From positions 1 through 39,148 of the forward strand of contig CANKHS010000001.1 in assembly GCA_947481755.1 (NCBI GenBank): a DNA stretch of 39,148 nt, given 5' to 3'. Positions 26,064 to 35,820 of the stretch are shown piece by piece. This DNA is from Actinomycetota bacterium. GTDB taxonomy: Bacteria > Actinomycetota > Thermoleophilia > Gaiellales > F1-60-MAGs149. How positions within the stretch are numbered: the stretch's first letter is position 1; each line of letters opens with the position of its first letter. The notes beneath the pieces were generated by a model. That model was not told the DNA's origin. It made no database searches and saw only the letters and a list, made by a program, of their open reading frames with translations. Position numbers and translations under genes: made by a program.

Positions 26064-27373
26064 CCCCTGACCGCGGATTCCTCCGGCTGCCAATGCGCAA
26101 CCGCGAGCTTGGCCTGATTGCTCTCGCACTGCTGATCGCGACCGCGGGTTTCGCAGCCGTCCAGCTTGCGCGCGCCCAAGAGTTCGCCTCATCACCCCTG
26201 ATTGCAGCCGCGTTCTTTGCCGGCGCCTATCTCGTCGCTCACCTCGTCGTTCGCGCCACGTTGCCCGACGCCGATCCCTACGTGCTGCCAATCACCGCCG
26301 TCCTCACCGCGATTGGGCTGATTGAGATTTATCGCATCGACGCGACGCTGGCTCGCGATCAGGGCATCTGGATCGTGATTGGCCTTGTGCTCTTTATCGG
26401 CGTCATTATTGCCTTTCGGGACATTCGCCGACTGGAGACGCTCCGGTATACGTGCGGCGCTCTCGCGGTCGTGCTCTTGCTCGCCACGATTACCCTCGGG
26501 GCACAGGTCAATGGTGCACGGCTTTGGATCCGCATTGGCGGGCTGCAGATCCAGCCGGGAGAGTTCGCCAAGATCTTGCTGGTGATTTTCCTCGCGGGCT
26601 ACCTCCGCGAACGCCGAGAGGTACTGGCCGCGCCAACCCGCAAGGTGCTCGGCGTTGGTGTTCCATCCCTACGCCACTCGCTGCCGCTGTTGATCATCGC
26701 GGGCGCCTCGCTCGTCTTGCTCGTCGCGATGAACGATCTCGGCTCGTCGCTGCTCTTCTACGTGATTGCGCTGGCGATGCTCTACATCGCAACGGGCCGC
26801 CTGCTGTTCGTCGGTCTTGGCGCTGGACTCTTCGCGCTCGGTGCCGCCGCCGCTGTGCAGATCACACCGCATGTGCAGACCCGCATTGACGGTTGGCTGC
26901 ACCCGTGGGCCAACGAACAGGCGCAGTGCTGTTACCAGATCACACAGTCGATCTACACGATCGCCGATGGTGGTGTGCTTGGAGCGGGCTTTGGGCGCGG
27001 ACTGATCCTCAACAGTGCCGGCGGCACGATCATCCCGTTCGCCCAGACGGACTTCATCTACTCCGTCATCGCCAATGAAATGGGGCTCGTGGGAGCCGCC
27101 GCAGTGATCCTGCTTTATCTCTTGCTCGCCTGGCGCGGCTTCCGTATCGCCACCACCGCTGATGACGGCTTTTCGAAGCTGCTGGCCGCCGGCCTCGCCA
27201 CCGCGGTCGCCTTTCAGGTCTTTGTGATCGTCGGCGGCGTGATTCGTCTGCTGCCGCTGACGGGCCTGACACTGCCGTTCGTCTCGTACGGCGGCTCGAG
27301 TGTGACCGCCAACTTCGCAATCGCCGGCCTTCTGCTCTGCATCTCCCAACGCGCAAATCGAGAGCGCGTATGA
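26060..27373 (+). CDS. rodA: SEDS-family peptidoglycan glycosyltransferase (FtsW/RodA)
   Basis: Polytopic protein with SEDS blocks QPGEFAKILLVIFLAGYL, DLGSSLLFYVIALAMLY, QTDFIYSVIANEMGLVGA and LPLTGLTLPFVSYGGSS. GTGA overlap with pstP; the ATG at 26093 is an alternative start. Confidence 0.9.
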   Translation: MTPDRGFLRLPMRNRELGLIALALLIATAGFAAVQLARAQEFASSPLIAAAFFAGAYLVAHLVVRATLPDADPYVLPITAVLTAIGLIEIYRIDATLARDQGIWIVIGLVLFIGVIIAFRDIRRLETLRYTCGALAVVLLLATITLGAQVNGARLWIRIGGLQIQPGEFAKILLVIFLAGYLRERREVLAAPTRKVLGVGVPSLRHSLPLLIIAGASLVLLVAMNDLGSSLLFYVIALAMLYIATGRLLFVGLGAGLFALGAAAAVQITPHVQTRIDGWLHPWANEQAQCCYQITQSIYTIADGGVLGAGFGRGLILNSAGGTIIPFAQTDFIYSVIANEMGLVGAAAVILLYLLLAWRGFRIATTADDGFSKLLAAGLATAVAFQVFVIVGGVIRLLPLTGLTLPFVSYGGSSVTANFAIAGLLLCISQRANRERV

Positions 27374-28812
27374 ACCGGCGGATTGGCAACCTCTTCATTG
27401 TGCTGGCCGTCGGTCTCTTGGCACTGATCGGAATGACCACCTACTGGCAGGTCTGGGCTCGCTCCTCACTCGAGGCGCGCCAGGCCAACGTCCGGTTGGT
27501 CTACCGCGACCTGGCGATCGACCGTGGCGCGATCGTCTCGTCTGACGGGGTCACCCTCGCCGAATCAAAGCCCGGCACGCTCGATGGCCGCACGGTCTAC
27601 TACCGCCACTATCCGACGGCCGGTCTGGCCGCACAACTGGTTGGCTACTCGTCGCTCCTCGCCGGCCGCGCTGGTCTCGAACGGTCACTCGATCCCGAAC
27701 TGACGGGCAGCACGGGCGATCTGGCTGGCGTCGTCAACTCGTTCGATCGCATGAAGGGCGACACGGTCCGTGGCGATCAGGTGGTGTTGCGCCTCAACGC
27801 CGCCGCACAGAAGGTCGCGATGGAGCAGTTGACCAACCTGGGAGTCCGTGGCAGCGTGGTCGTGCTCGACCCGAGCAACGGCGGCATCCTCGTGATGGCG
27901 TCAACACCAACATTCGACCCAAACACGGGCCTCGAAAAAGCGCTCAGTGACCCCGGCTCGCCGCTCCTCAATCGCGCCACCCAGGGGCTCTACCCACCGG
28001 GCTCGACCTTCAAGGTCGTGACCGCCGCCAGCGCTCTCGATGCTGGCGTCGTCACACCGGACACAAAATTTCCTGGCCCCGCCTGTATTGACTCGGGTGG
28101 TCAGAAGCTCTGCAACTACCACGACCACGCCTATGGACCGCACAACTTTGGCTACGCGCTGATCCACTCGATCAACACCACGTTCGCAACGGTCGGTGCC
28201 GATCTTGGCAGAGACAAGCTCGAAGCCACCATGCGCGGTTTCGGTTTCTTCTCCCGTTTCCCCTGGGACTACCCGCCCGAGCAATCCCTGCCCTCCGGCA
28301 TTTTTAATCGCAAGGGCAACCTGGTCAGTGCCGACGCTCCGATCGACGTCCCGCGCGTCGCGATTGGTCAAGAACGCCTACTCGCGACACCACTGCAGAT
28401 GGCCGAGGTTGCCACTGCCGTCGCCAATGGGGGCCAGATTATTCAGCCCGAACCGGTGCAAGAGGTTCGCGCCCCAGACGGCTCCGTCGTGCGGCGGCCC
28501 TCTCCGGTCTACCTCGGACGCGCCATGACAACGGAGACTGCGGCCACGTTGCGCGGGCTCATGAAGCAGGTCGTCGACGAGGGGACAGGCAGTGCGGCCG
28601 CCGTGGCTGGTCTCGACGTAGCCGGCAAAACGGGCACCGCCGAGACGGGTCGGGCAGGCAAAAACGATGCCTGGTTTATCGGTTTTGCACCCGCTGAGGC
28701 CTCGCGTTTTGCCTTCGCCGTGCTGGTCGAAGACGTCGATGGAACCGGTGGTGACGTGGCTGCACCGATCGCCGCTGCCGTACTACGGGCGCTGACTGCG
28801 CAGACAACGTGA
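27370..28812 (+). CDS. pbpA: class B penicillin-binding protein (PbpA, transpeptidase)
   Basis: N-terminal TM helix. The three transpeptidase motifs are present: GSTFK, SIN (HSINTTF) and KTGT (AGKTGTAE). ATGA overlap with rodA. Confidence 0.9.
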   Translation: MNRRIGNLFIVLAVGLLALIGMTTYWQVWARSSLEARQANVRLVYRDLAIDRGAIVSSDGVTLAESKPGTLDGRTVYYRHYPTAGLAAQLVGYSSLLAGRAGLERSLDPELTGSTGDLAGVVNSFDRMKGDTVRGDQVVLRLNAAAQKVAMEQLTNLGVRGSVVVLDPSNGGILVMASTPTFDPNTGLEKALSDPGSPLLNRATQGLYPPGSTFKVVTAASALDAGVVTPDTKFPGPACIDSGGQKLCNYHDHAYGPHNFGYALIHSINTTFATVGADLGRDKLEATMRGFGFFSRFPWDYPPEQSLPSGIFNRKGNLVSADAPIDVPRVAIGQERLLATPLQMAEVATAVANGGQIIQPEPVQEVRAPDGSVVRRPSPVYLGRAMTTETAATLRGLMKQVVDEGTGSAAAVAGLDVAGKTGTAETGRAGKNDAWFIGFAPAEASRFAFAVLVEDVDGTGGDVAAPIAAAVLRALTAQTT

Positions 28813-28834
28813 GACAATCCCTAATGGAACAACA

Positions 28835-30754
28835 TTGAGCCTCATGGACGACACCTCTCCCGGCGCCCTCTTTGATGGGCGCTACCGCATCGTTGGCCGC
28901 CTCGGTCAGGGCGGCATGGCGCGCGTTTTTCTTGCGCAAGACGAGTCGCTCCACCGGCAAGTTGCCGTCAAAGTGCTCGCCGATCGTCACAGTGACGACC
29001 CGCATTTCATCGAGCGCTTCCAACGCGAAGCCCGTGCTGCTGCTCGACTCAACCATCCGAACATCGTGCAGGTCTATGACCAGTCGCAGACCGCTGGCAT
29101 GTCGTACATCGTCCAGGAGTACGTCGAAGGCGAGACGCTCAAGGATCTGATTCGGCGCGAGTCGCCGATTGAGCCGCGGCGCGCAATCACGATCGCACTG
29201 CAGATTCTGGCCGCCCTCCGCGTCGCGCATCAGCAAGGCGTGATCCATCGCGACGTCAAGCCTCAGAACATCCTCGTGCAGCCCGACGGCAAGATCAAGG
29301 TCGCCGACTTCGGCATCGCGAGTGCCGGCGATACCGAGATGACCGAGGCCGGCTCGATCGTTGGCACCGCCCAGTATCTCGCCCCCGAACAGGCACGAGG
29401 ACTGCCTGTCGGACCGCCGGCCGATCTCTACGCGGTCGGCATCGTTCTCTACGAAATGCTGTCGGGACGCGTGCCCTTCGAAGGCGATGCTGCCGTCACC
29501 GTCGCCATGCGTCACGTGCAGGAGGCCCCCGAGGCTCTAACCGATCGTAATCCCCTCGTGCCCGATGCCCTTGAGTCCGTCGTCATGCGCGCGCTCGCGA
29601 AAGACCCGACGCAGCGCTACCAGAGTGCCGATCAGATGGGTATCGAGCTCGACCGCGTACGCCAAGGCCTACCGATCAGTGACGAGACCGCCGTCATCGG
29701 TGCCGCCACGATTGCCATGACACAGCTCGCCAGCGAGACCCTCGTCGCACCACCGCTCCCTCCACGTGAGGCTCCCCCAGCGCGCGGAGGTAATCCAAAT
29801 CGCAGGCGCCTGTGGATTCTCTTGATCATCCTTGGCGTCGTGCTGCTCGCGGGTGTTGCCGGTGTCTACGCCTTTACGCGCGGCGGAACGGACAGCGGCG
29901 GCACAACGACAGGATCCACAACAACGACGGGTGCCCTCGTTGAGATTCCAAACCTGATCGGCCAGACCCAGGCCGATGCCACAGCCGCCCTCAAGCAGGC
30001 CGGACTGGCTGTTCTCATTACCAAGCAGGCCTCGACCGACGTACCGGCCGGACAGGTGATTGCGATGCGGCCTAATGCCGGGGGCAAAGTACCGACCGGT
30101 ACAACGATCGAACTCCAGATTTCTGCTGGCCCAAATTTGGTTACCGTGCCAAGCGTTCAGGGTGCTGGCGTGGCCGATGCCACCGCTCAGATTGAGGCTC
30201 TTGGCCTCGTTGTCACGACGGTGGAGGATTCCTCTTCGAGCGTCGCCGTCGGCAACGTGATCTCGCAGGCACCGTCGGCGGGTGTCGAAGTCAAACCAGG
30301 CTCGACGGTCACGCTCACCGTTTCGAAGGGTAAGCAGACCAGCACCGTCCCGAACGTCACCAAGATGGACATCACGAATGCGCAGAACACGCTCATCGCA
30401 GCAGGCCTCGTGCTCGGCTCCCAGTCCGAGGCGAATGACGCCGCACCGATCGGGCAGGTGATCAGCCAGGACCCGGCTGCCGGCACGAGCCTCCCGCAGG
30501 GTGGCTTCGTCAACGTTGTCGTCTCTAAGGGCCCCGTCAGTGCCACAGTCCCCTCGGTCGTGAACATGTCACGGAGCAATGCCGAGTCACAGATCACCAA
30601 TGCTGGCTTCGTCGCCAATACGCAGGAGAGCGCGGTGACCGACCCGTCGCAAGATGGCATCGTCATCTCGCAGAACCCGGCCAGCGGATCGTCTCAACCA
30701 CAGGGTTCAACCGTGACGATCGTCGTTGGCCGCTATACAGGAACAACGACGTAG
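28835..30754 (+). CDS. pknB: Ser/Thr protein kinase PknB with four extracellular PASTA repeats
   Basis: GQGGMARVF, VAVKVL, VIHRDVKPQNILV, VADFGIA and YLAPEQ. TM helix LWILLIILGVVLLAGVAGVYAF. Four tandem PASTA units of about 65 aa each (about 29936-30737), e.g. VPNLIGQTQADATAALKQAGL and VPSVQGAGVADATAQIEALGL. Start is TTG at 28835 or ATG at 28844. Confidence 0.9.
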   Translation: MSLMDDTSPGALFDGRYRIVGRLGQGGMARVFLAQDESLHRQVAVKVLADRHSDDPHFIERFQREARAAARLNHPNIVQVYDQSQTAGMSYIVQEYVEGETLKDLIRRESPIEPRRAITIALQILAALRVAHQQGVIHRDVKPQNILVQPDGKIKVADFGIASAGDTEMTEAGSIVGTAQYLAPEQARGLPVGPPADLYAVGIVLYEMLSGRVPFEGDAAVTVAMRHVQEAPEALTDRNPLVPDALESVVMRALAKDPTQRYQSADQMGIELDRVRQGLPISDETAVIGAATIAMTQLASETLVAPPLPPREAPPARGGNPNRRRLWILLIILGVVLLAGVAGVYAFTRGGTDSGGTTTGSTTTTGALVEIPNLIGQTQADATAALKQAGLAVLITKQASTDVPAGQVIAMRPNAGGKVPTGTTIELQISAGPNLVTVPSVQGAGVADATAQIEALGLVVTTVEDSSSSVAVGNVISQAPSAGVEVKPGSTVTLTVSKGKQTSTVPNVTKMDITNAQNTLIAAGLVLGSQSEANDAAPIGQVISQDPAAGTSLPQGGFVNVVVSKGPVSATVPSVVNMSRSNAESQITNAGFVANTQESAVTDPSQDGIVISQNPASGSSQPQGSTVTIVVGRYTGTTT

Positions 30755-31752
30755 TGGCCGAGCGGCTGCGGGTTGCTGTCCTTGGTGGCGGTCGCTCGTC
30801 GGAGCACGATGTGTCGCTGCGCTCGGCTGCGAGTGTTGCTGCCGGACTTGACCCAAGTCGCTTTGACGTCGTTTCCCTCACGATCAGCCGGGCTGGTCTC
30901 TGGACCGACGCCGCAGGTGAGCCGGTTGCCGTCACACCTGGCGCCGGCGGGCCCTTGGGCTGCGATGTGGTCTTCCCTGTGCTGCACGGCCCGTTTGGTG
31001 AGGACGGCACGGTCCAAGGCCTACTGGAGATGCTCGGCGTCCCCTACGTCGGCTCGGGCGTCCTTGGCTCTGCCCTGACGATGGACAAGGAACGCTGCAA
31101 GTCGGTCTTGCGGGATGCGGGTATCGACGTGGCCCGTGAGGTCGTGGTACACCGCCATCAGTCGCGAGCCGAGATGCACGAGCAGATCGCAGCGCTGGGC
31201 TATCCCGTCTTCGTCAAACCGGCACGGCTGGGCTCGAGCGTTGGCATCTCGCGGGTCGAGACTGCTGCCGAGATCGACGCCGCCCTCGACCTTGCGCTCT
31301 CACACGACGAGAAGGTGTTGGTCGAGGAGTTACTCGTCGGCGACGAGGTCGAATGCAGCGTGCTCGGCCTGCCCCCGAACCTGACCATCTCGGAGGTCGG
31401 CCGGATTGGCTTCCATAACGAGTGGTACGACTACGACGCCAAGTATTCGGACGGTGGGTCGTGGCTTGAGGTCCCGGCAGAACTCCCAGCCGAGACTGCC
31501 AGTCGCCTGCGCGACACGGCCGCCCGCGCCTTCGCGCTCTGCGATTGCCACGGCATGGCGCGTGTCGACTTCTTCCACACGCATGAGGGCCGTCTCGTAC
31601 TGAACGAGATCAACACGATCCCCGGTTTTACTGCGACGAGTTATTACGCTCGGATGTTCGAGGCCAGCGGTATCGCCTACGGCGACCTCCTCACGCGCCT
31701 GATCGACCTGGCACTCGAGCGCTTCGCAGCCGAGTCCTCGCTCCTGCGCTAG
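30754..31752 (+). CDS. ddl: D-alanine--D-alanine ligase
   Basis: RVAVLGGGRSSEHDVSLRSAASV, PVLHGPFGEDGTVQGLLEMLGVPYVGSGV, YPVFVKPARLGSSVGIS and LVLNEINTIPGFT. The GTG start overlaps the pknB TAG by 1 nt. Confidence 0.9.
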   Translation: MAERLRVAVLGGGRSSEHDVSLRSAASVAAGLDPSRFDVVSLTISRAGLWTDAAGEPVAVTPGAGGPLGCDVVFPVLHGPFGEDGTVQGLLEMLGVPYVGSGVLGSALTMDKERCKSVLRDAGIDVAREVVVHRHQSRAEMHEQIAALGYPVFVKPARLGSSVGISRVETAAEIDAALDLALSHDEKVLVEELLVGDEVECSVLGLPPNLTISEVGRIGFHNEWYDYDAKYSDGGSWLEVPAELPAETASRLRDTAARAFALCDCHGMARVDFFHTHEGRLVLNEINTIPGFTATSYYARMFEASGIAYGDLLTRLIDLALERFAAESSLLR

Positions 31753-31761
31753 CCAGACGAC

Positions 31762-31778
31762 AAGGGGAACGACCCCTT
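31762..31778. terminator. short hairpin between convergent ddl and the pseudokinase gene
   Basis: aagggg / cccctt forms a 6-bp stem with the 5-nt loop aacga. There is no clear U-tract on either strand. Confidence 0.25.
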
Positions 31779-31784
31779 CAGCAG

Positions 31785-33248
31785 CTAGGCCCCAATCGGT
31801 ACACCAATGACACGAATGTCATTGATGCGGAGAACGTAGGCACCGCGTTCCGACGGCAACCCGCTAATCCAGATCAGCACCGTCTTGACCGGTCCCCGGT
31901 GACGGATCCTCAAGACGGCACGCTGATGCTCCACCTTGACGGGGTCCATGAGTGTCGTCCACCCGCGCGGTGCTGTTGCCGGCTCGCTGCCACGTACCGC
32001 GTAGAGCGCAATCGTCGCACCCACCGGAGCGGTGCGCAGTACGAGGCGCGTGACTCGACTTGGCAGCGCCAGGCGCAGGGCGAGGCCGATGCCACCCTTG
32101 TTCCCAAGCGTGCTCTTTTTGTAGACCTCCGTTGACCAACCGGTGCTGAGAGAGTGATCAATTGCGAAGTGTGCATCCTCGTTGTTCTCTTTGCGATCAC
32201 CCGCAGGATCAAGTGGCGTAATACCCACGATCCGAATTGGCCTCGGCGTATGACTCGCCCCCGTCGGGGCCACGGTCGTTGTGAGCTGTTCTGTGGTTGG
32301 CTGTTCGGTTGTCACCCCACCCTCCACCGTTGTCGTATCCACCACGACGGTGACCGGACCCGGCAGGCCGGTCGTGATGGCGCGTTGGTCCGCATCGCGC
32401 CGATCCACGACGGCCACCGCAGCAATGACCGCGAGGACGACCACCGTGATCGCAAGCGCACCAACGAGGACCTTGAGTCCGCGATTACGACGCTCGCCCT
32501 GCTCGCGCTCTGGCGTCTCCACTGGCACGAACGGCTCCCACCCAATAGGCCCTGCCGGCGGCTGGTGGCCATCACCAATTCGACGCAGAGCATCGCGCGC
32601 GCTCGCGGCCGACGGCGGGTTGATCGACGCCATGCTCTGCAACAGCCCGGCAAAACGCGGAGTCAGTCCCGGCACCTCGAGCAGATTCGTATCGTCGGGA
32701 ATCGTCAGTACCTCACGCAGAATCGCCGCCAGTGCTCGTACGTCATCGTCTGGCTGGTCGGCTGGACGCGCCAAGCCCCCGGTGGCGAGGTCCTCTAGTC
32801 GCGGCGGCCCGGTCTCGTCGAGGGCCAGTGCATCGAGGCTGACCACGCCCTGTACGAGGCCTCGCTCGTGCAGCGTCGCAAGTGCGTCGGCAATAGCCGC
32901 ACCGAGCGCGGCCGCATCGGCTCCCGTCAATTGACCCCGGGCCGCTAATCGCAACCGAGCCGTCTGCCCCGCGCGCGCTGGTGTCACGAGGTAGCGCGTG
33001 ACACCGTCGACCCCGTGATCCAACACCACGGGGAGCGAGGGATGACGCACGGCTACGAGTGCTGCCAGCGTGGCATCGACCTGCGGATGCTCGTCGAGCA
33101 GCGTCACGATGACCACTCCACCACTAACGGCATCGCGCGCACGCCACACCACACGCCCGGGCGCCGGGGCCTCGGGGACCTCCAGCGTGTAGCGGCGTGC
33201 GATGACCCGACTGCTCACACGGCGCAGCGTACTGCACTGCGCTGGCAC
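31785..33248 (-). CDS. bitopic pseudokinase with extracellular discoidin/galactose-binding-like domain (MviN C-terminal-module-like)
   Basis: Kinase-like fold with degenerate motifs: no Gly-rich loop, VVIVTLL in place of [13 protein letters not shown] in place of HRDxKxxN, and LEDLATGG in place of DFG. TM helix [24 protein letters not shown]. The ectodomain [57 protein letters not shown] fits the pattern xDGxxxTxWxTxxY...GxGL...V. Start is GTG at 33248 or 33218. Confidence 0.6.
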   Translation of the reverse strand: MPAQCSTLRRVSSRVIARRYTLEVPEAPAPGRVVWRARDAVSGGVVIVTLLDEHPQVDATLAALVAVRHPSLPVVLDHGVDGVTRYLVTPARAGQTARLRLAARGQLTGADAAALGAAIADALATLHERGLVQGVVSLDALALDETGPPRLEDLATGGLARPADQPDDDVRALAAILREVLTIPDDTNLLEVPGLTPRFAGLLQSMASINPPSAASARDALRRIGDGHQPPAGPIGWEPFVPVETPEREQGERRNRGLKVLVGALAITVVVLAVIAAVAVVDRRDADQRAITTGLPGPVTVVVDTTTVEGGVTTEQPTTEQLTTTVAPTGASHTPRPIRIVGITPLDPAGDRKENNEDAHFAIDHSLSTGWSTEVYKKSTLGNKGGIGLALRLALPSRVTRLVLRTAPVGATIALYAVRGSEPATAPRGWTTLMDPVKVEHQRAVLRIRHRGPVKTVLIWISGLPSERGAYVLRINDIRVIGVPIGA

Positions 33249-33282
33249 CGGCCGTCCCCCTCGCCTGCCAAACTGCCGCCAG

Positions 33283-33846
33283 ATGGTTCTCTCTGACCGT
33301 GGAATCCGCGCCGCAATTGCGGCAGGGCGTATTGCGCTCGATCCGTTCGACGAGGCATTGATTCAACCTGCCAGCGTCGACGTTCGCTGCGATCGACGCT
33401 TTCGCGTCTTCCGCAACAGTCGCTACGGCCACATCGACGTCAAGCAAGAGCAGGCGGAACTAACCGAGCTGATCGAGATCACCGATGGTGGGCCCTTCAT
33501 CTTGCACCCGGGCGAATTCGTGCTCGGTGCCACGCTCGAGCGCGTCACCTTGGGCGACGACATCGTCTCGCGTCTCGAGGGTAAGAGCTCGCTTGGCCGC
33601 CTCGGTCTGCAGGTCCATTCGACCGCCGGCTTTATCGATCCCGGCTTTGACGGACACGTCACGCTCGAGCTCGCGAACGTCGCGAATCTCCCGATCACGC
33701 TCTATCCCGAGATGAAGATCGGCCAACTTTCGTTCCTCAATCTCGACGGTCCCGCCGAGCATCCGTACGGCTCGGGAGCACTCGGTTCGAAGTACCAGGG
33801 CCAGGTTGGTCCGACGCCAAGTGCGTACTGGAAAAACTTCCAGTAA
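33283..33846 (+). CDS. dcd: dCTP deaminase
   Basis: [22 protein letters not shown]...IQPASVDVR...[15 protein letters not shown]...[35 protein letters not shown]...[11 protein letters not shown]. The ORF-track start at 33202 adds only an Arg-rich extension. Confidence 0.9.
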   Translation: MVLSDRGIRAAIAAGRIALDPFDEALIQPASVDVRCDRRFRVFRNSRYGHIDVKQEQAELTELIEITDGGPFILHPGEFVLGATLERVTLGDDIVSRLEGKSSLGRLGLQVHSTAGFIDPGFDGHVTLELANVANLPITLYPEMKIGQLSFLNLDGPAEHPYGSGALGSKYQGQVGPTPSAYWKNFQ

Positions 33847-34042
33847 CCACGTCCGATCCCGTTGATATCTTCGCGCTACCGCGGAAGGGGGGTGGTCCGT
33901 TCTTGAATAGCGACTGTACGGCAAGTGGAGGTCGGCGCACGTAAGGGCGTGTCCCTGGACCGACAGGGAATCGTCTAGCCAACGTTGGGGCAGCGGCACG
34001 ATGCCGCGGCGCACCTTACGTATGACCAGCGTTCGACCGGAA

Positions 34043-34077
34043 GGGCCGGGTGGGCAACCACCCGGCCCTTCTTCGTT
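34043..34077 (+). terminator. intrinsic-terminator-like hairpin
   Basis: gggccgggtgg (34043-34053) pairs with ccacccggccc (34058-34068) as a perfect 11-bp GC-rich stem with the tetraloop gcaa, followed by ttcttcgtt. It lies about 200 nt after the dcd stop and 20 nt before the ATG at 34097. Confidence 0.5.
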
Positions 34078-34096
34078 GCCGCCTACACTCCGCGGT

Positions 34097-35788
34097 ATGC
34101 GACGTCTCGAGCCGCTCCTGGTGCTGCTCGGTTATGCGGTCGTCTCCGTTGTGCTGGTCGGCCGCTTCGTAATCCGAGCACCGCACGACGCCGTCGTCGG
34201 CAGCTTCGGTGCCGACCAAGGGTTCTTCGCCTGGTCGCTGGTGCACTGGGTTGAGGTGCTGGCCGGCAACCAGTCGCCCTTTCTGACCGATCGCATTGAC
34301 GCGCCGATGGGCTTCAACCTCGCCTGGGCGACGACGATCCCCGGGCCCGCGTTGCTCTTTGCCCCCCTGACCGCGCTCGCCGGTCCGCTCGTCACCTACA
34401 ACACGCTCGCAATTGCTGCCCCTGCCCTGGCTGCCTGGACGGCCTACCTGCTCTGCCGTCACGTGACTCAGGACTCGCTCGCTGCGATTTTGGGCGGCTG
34501 GATCTTTGGCTTCTCGTCGTACGTGCTGGGGGAGACCCTCAACCATCTCGACCTCGCCTTGGTCGCAGCCCTGCCGCTGATTGTGCTGGTCGTCATTCGC
34601 CTCGTCGAGGAGTCGATTCGTCCCAGGCGCGGTGCCTTGGCACTCGCGGGGCTGATCGCGATGCAGTTTTTGATCTTCACCGAAATTGCTGCAACCGCGA
34701 CGGTCGTTGGAGGTATTGCGCTCCTCGCCGCACTCGCAATTGGGCCAAGCGGGCTCCGCGGACGGATCGTGCGGGCACTGCCCTGGATTGCGGCTGGTTA
34801 CGCCCTCGCGATTGCAATCATCTCGCCACTCCTGATTGCCGCCTTTCTCCACCCCAACCCGATTGACGACCGGATTCGTCCCGACCTCTACCCGCTTGAT
34901 CTAAAGAATCTCGTCGTACCAACGATCATCACCTGGGTTGGCGGTGCGCGCTTCCAGGCCGACTCGTTGCAGTTTGTTGGCAACCTCACCGAACAGTTGG
35001 CCTACCTGGGCCCGGTGCTGGTGCTCGTGGCGCTGGGTGGCATCTGGCGCTGGCGTTATGAGCGGTTCGTCTGGGTGATTGTCGTGACGACCATGGCCGC
35101 GATCGTGTTGTCGTTTGGCGCACATCTCACGATCAGTGGCGACCCCGGCTGGACGATGCCCTGGCAGGTCTTTACCCATCTGCCACTGATTCGACTCGCG
35201 TTGCCAACCCGCATCGTGGTCTATGCGTGGCTTGGGATCGCGCTGCTTGGATCGCTCTTTGTAACGCGGCGGCGCGGCGACCGCCTGCAGTGGTTCGTCG
35301 CGCGCCTTGGCCTCGTCGTGATCGCACTCGTCTGCCTCTTGCCGGTGCCGCGCGCCGACCTCTGGCGCACAGAGCTCCAGACGCCCGCTGGTATTCAGAG
35401 TGGCTCCGCCACGGCAGCGATTCCAAACGATGCCGTCGTGTTGATCCTGCCCTACTCCTTCCGTGGCAACGGCATGTACTGGCAGTCGATTGCCAAGATG
35501 CGCTACCGCATGGCAGGCGGCTACAGCGCGGCGGCGATACCGCTGGCGTATACGCAGTTTCCGGTGACCTTCGGGTTCTACAACGATCAGCTCCCCGCGA
35601 ATCCACGCCAAGAACTGCTCCGGTATCTCGCCTTCACGGGTACCTCATGGGTCTTGGTCGATGCGCGAGCACCTGGCCCGTGGGCGCAATTCCTGCGCGA
35701 AGCGGGAGGCGTGCGGTCCGAGGTCGGGGGCATTGTGCGGTATCGCTTCGACCCGGCGGTCGTACGGGCGCAGGTCCACGGCGCCTGA
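34097..35788 (+). CDS. large polytopic membrane protein, GT-C-like glycosyltransferase candidate (family not recognised)
   Basis: About 12 hydrophobic helices, a first loop carrying acidic residues (HDAVVGSFGADQGFF), and a soluble C-terminal domain of about 150 aa. The start is placed at MRRLEPLLVLLGY (34097); in-frame ATGs at 34001 and 34022 would run through the structured spacer. Confidence 0.55.
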   Translation: MRRLEPLLVLLGYAVVSVVLVGRFVIRAPHDAVVGSFGADQGFFAWSLVHWVEVLAGNQSPFLTDRIDAPMGFNLAWATTIPGPALLFAPLTALAGPLVTYNTLAIAAPALAAWTAYLLCRHVTQDSLAAILGGWIFGFSSYVLGETLNHLDLALVAALPLIVLVVIRLVEESIRPRRGALALAGLIAMQFLIFTEIAATATVVGGIALLAALAIGPSGLRGRIVRALPWIAAGYALAIAIISPLLIAAFLHPNPIDDRIRPDLYPLDLKNLVVPTIITWVGGARFQADSLQFVGNLTEQLAYLGPVLVLVALGGIWRWRYERFVWVIVVTTMAAIVLSFGAHLTISGDPGWTMPWQVFTHLPLIRLALPTRIVVYAWLGIALLGSLFVTRRRGDRLQWFVARLGLVVIALVCLLPVPRADLWRTELQTPAGIQSGSATAAIPNDAVVLILPYSFRGNGMYWQSIAKMRYRMAGGYSAAAIPLAYTQFPVTFGFYNDQLPANPRQELLRYLAFTGTSWVLVDARAPGPWAQFLREAGGVRSEVGGIVRYRFDPAVVRAQVHGA

Positions 35789-35793
35789 CACGA

Positions 35794-35812
35794 GTTGCCG
35801 GAAACCGGTAAC
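35794..35812 (+). terminator. short hairpin after the membrane-protein stop
   Basis: gttgccgg / ccggtaac forms an 8-bp stem (one G-U pair) with the loop aaa. The U-tract is weak. Confidence 0.25.
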
Positions 35813-35820
35813 GTTCCGCC

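Noticed and set aside
33847-34096. Possible tRNA, 6C RNA, guanidine-II (mini-ykkC), c-di-AMP (ydaO), glycine or ZTP riboswitch in the dcd-downstream spacer.
   Set aside because: There is no T-loop (GGTTCGAAT-like) or cloverleaf. The hairpin loops are GACCGA and ACGAT rather than paired ACGR tetraloops. There are no C-rich 6C loops in a suitable fold, and none of the conserved cores I remember for ydaO, glycine or ZTP is present. It is left as an unassigned structured element.
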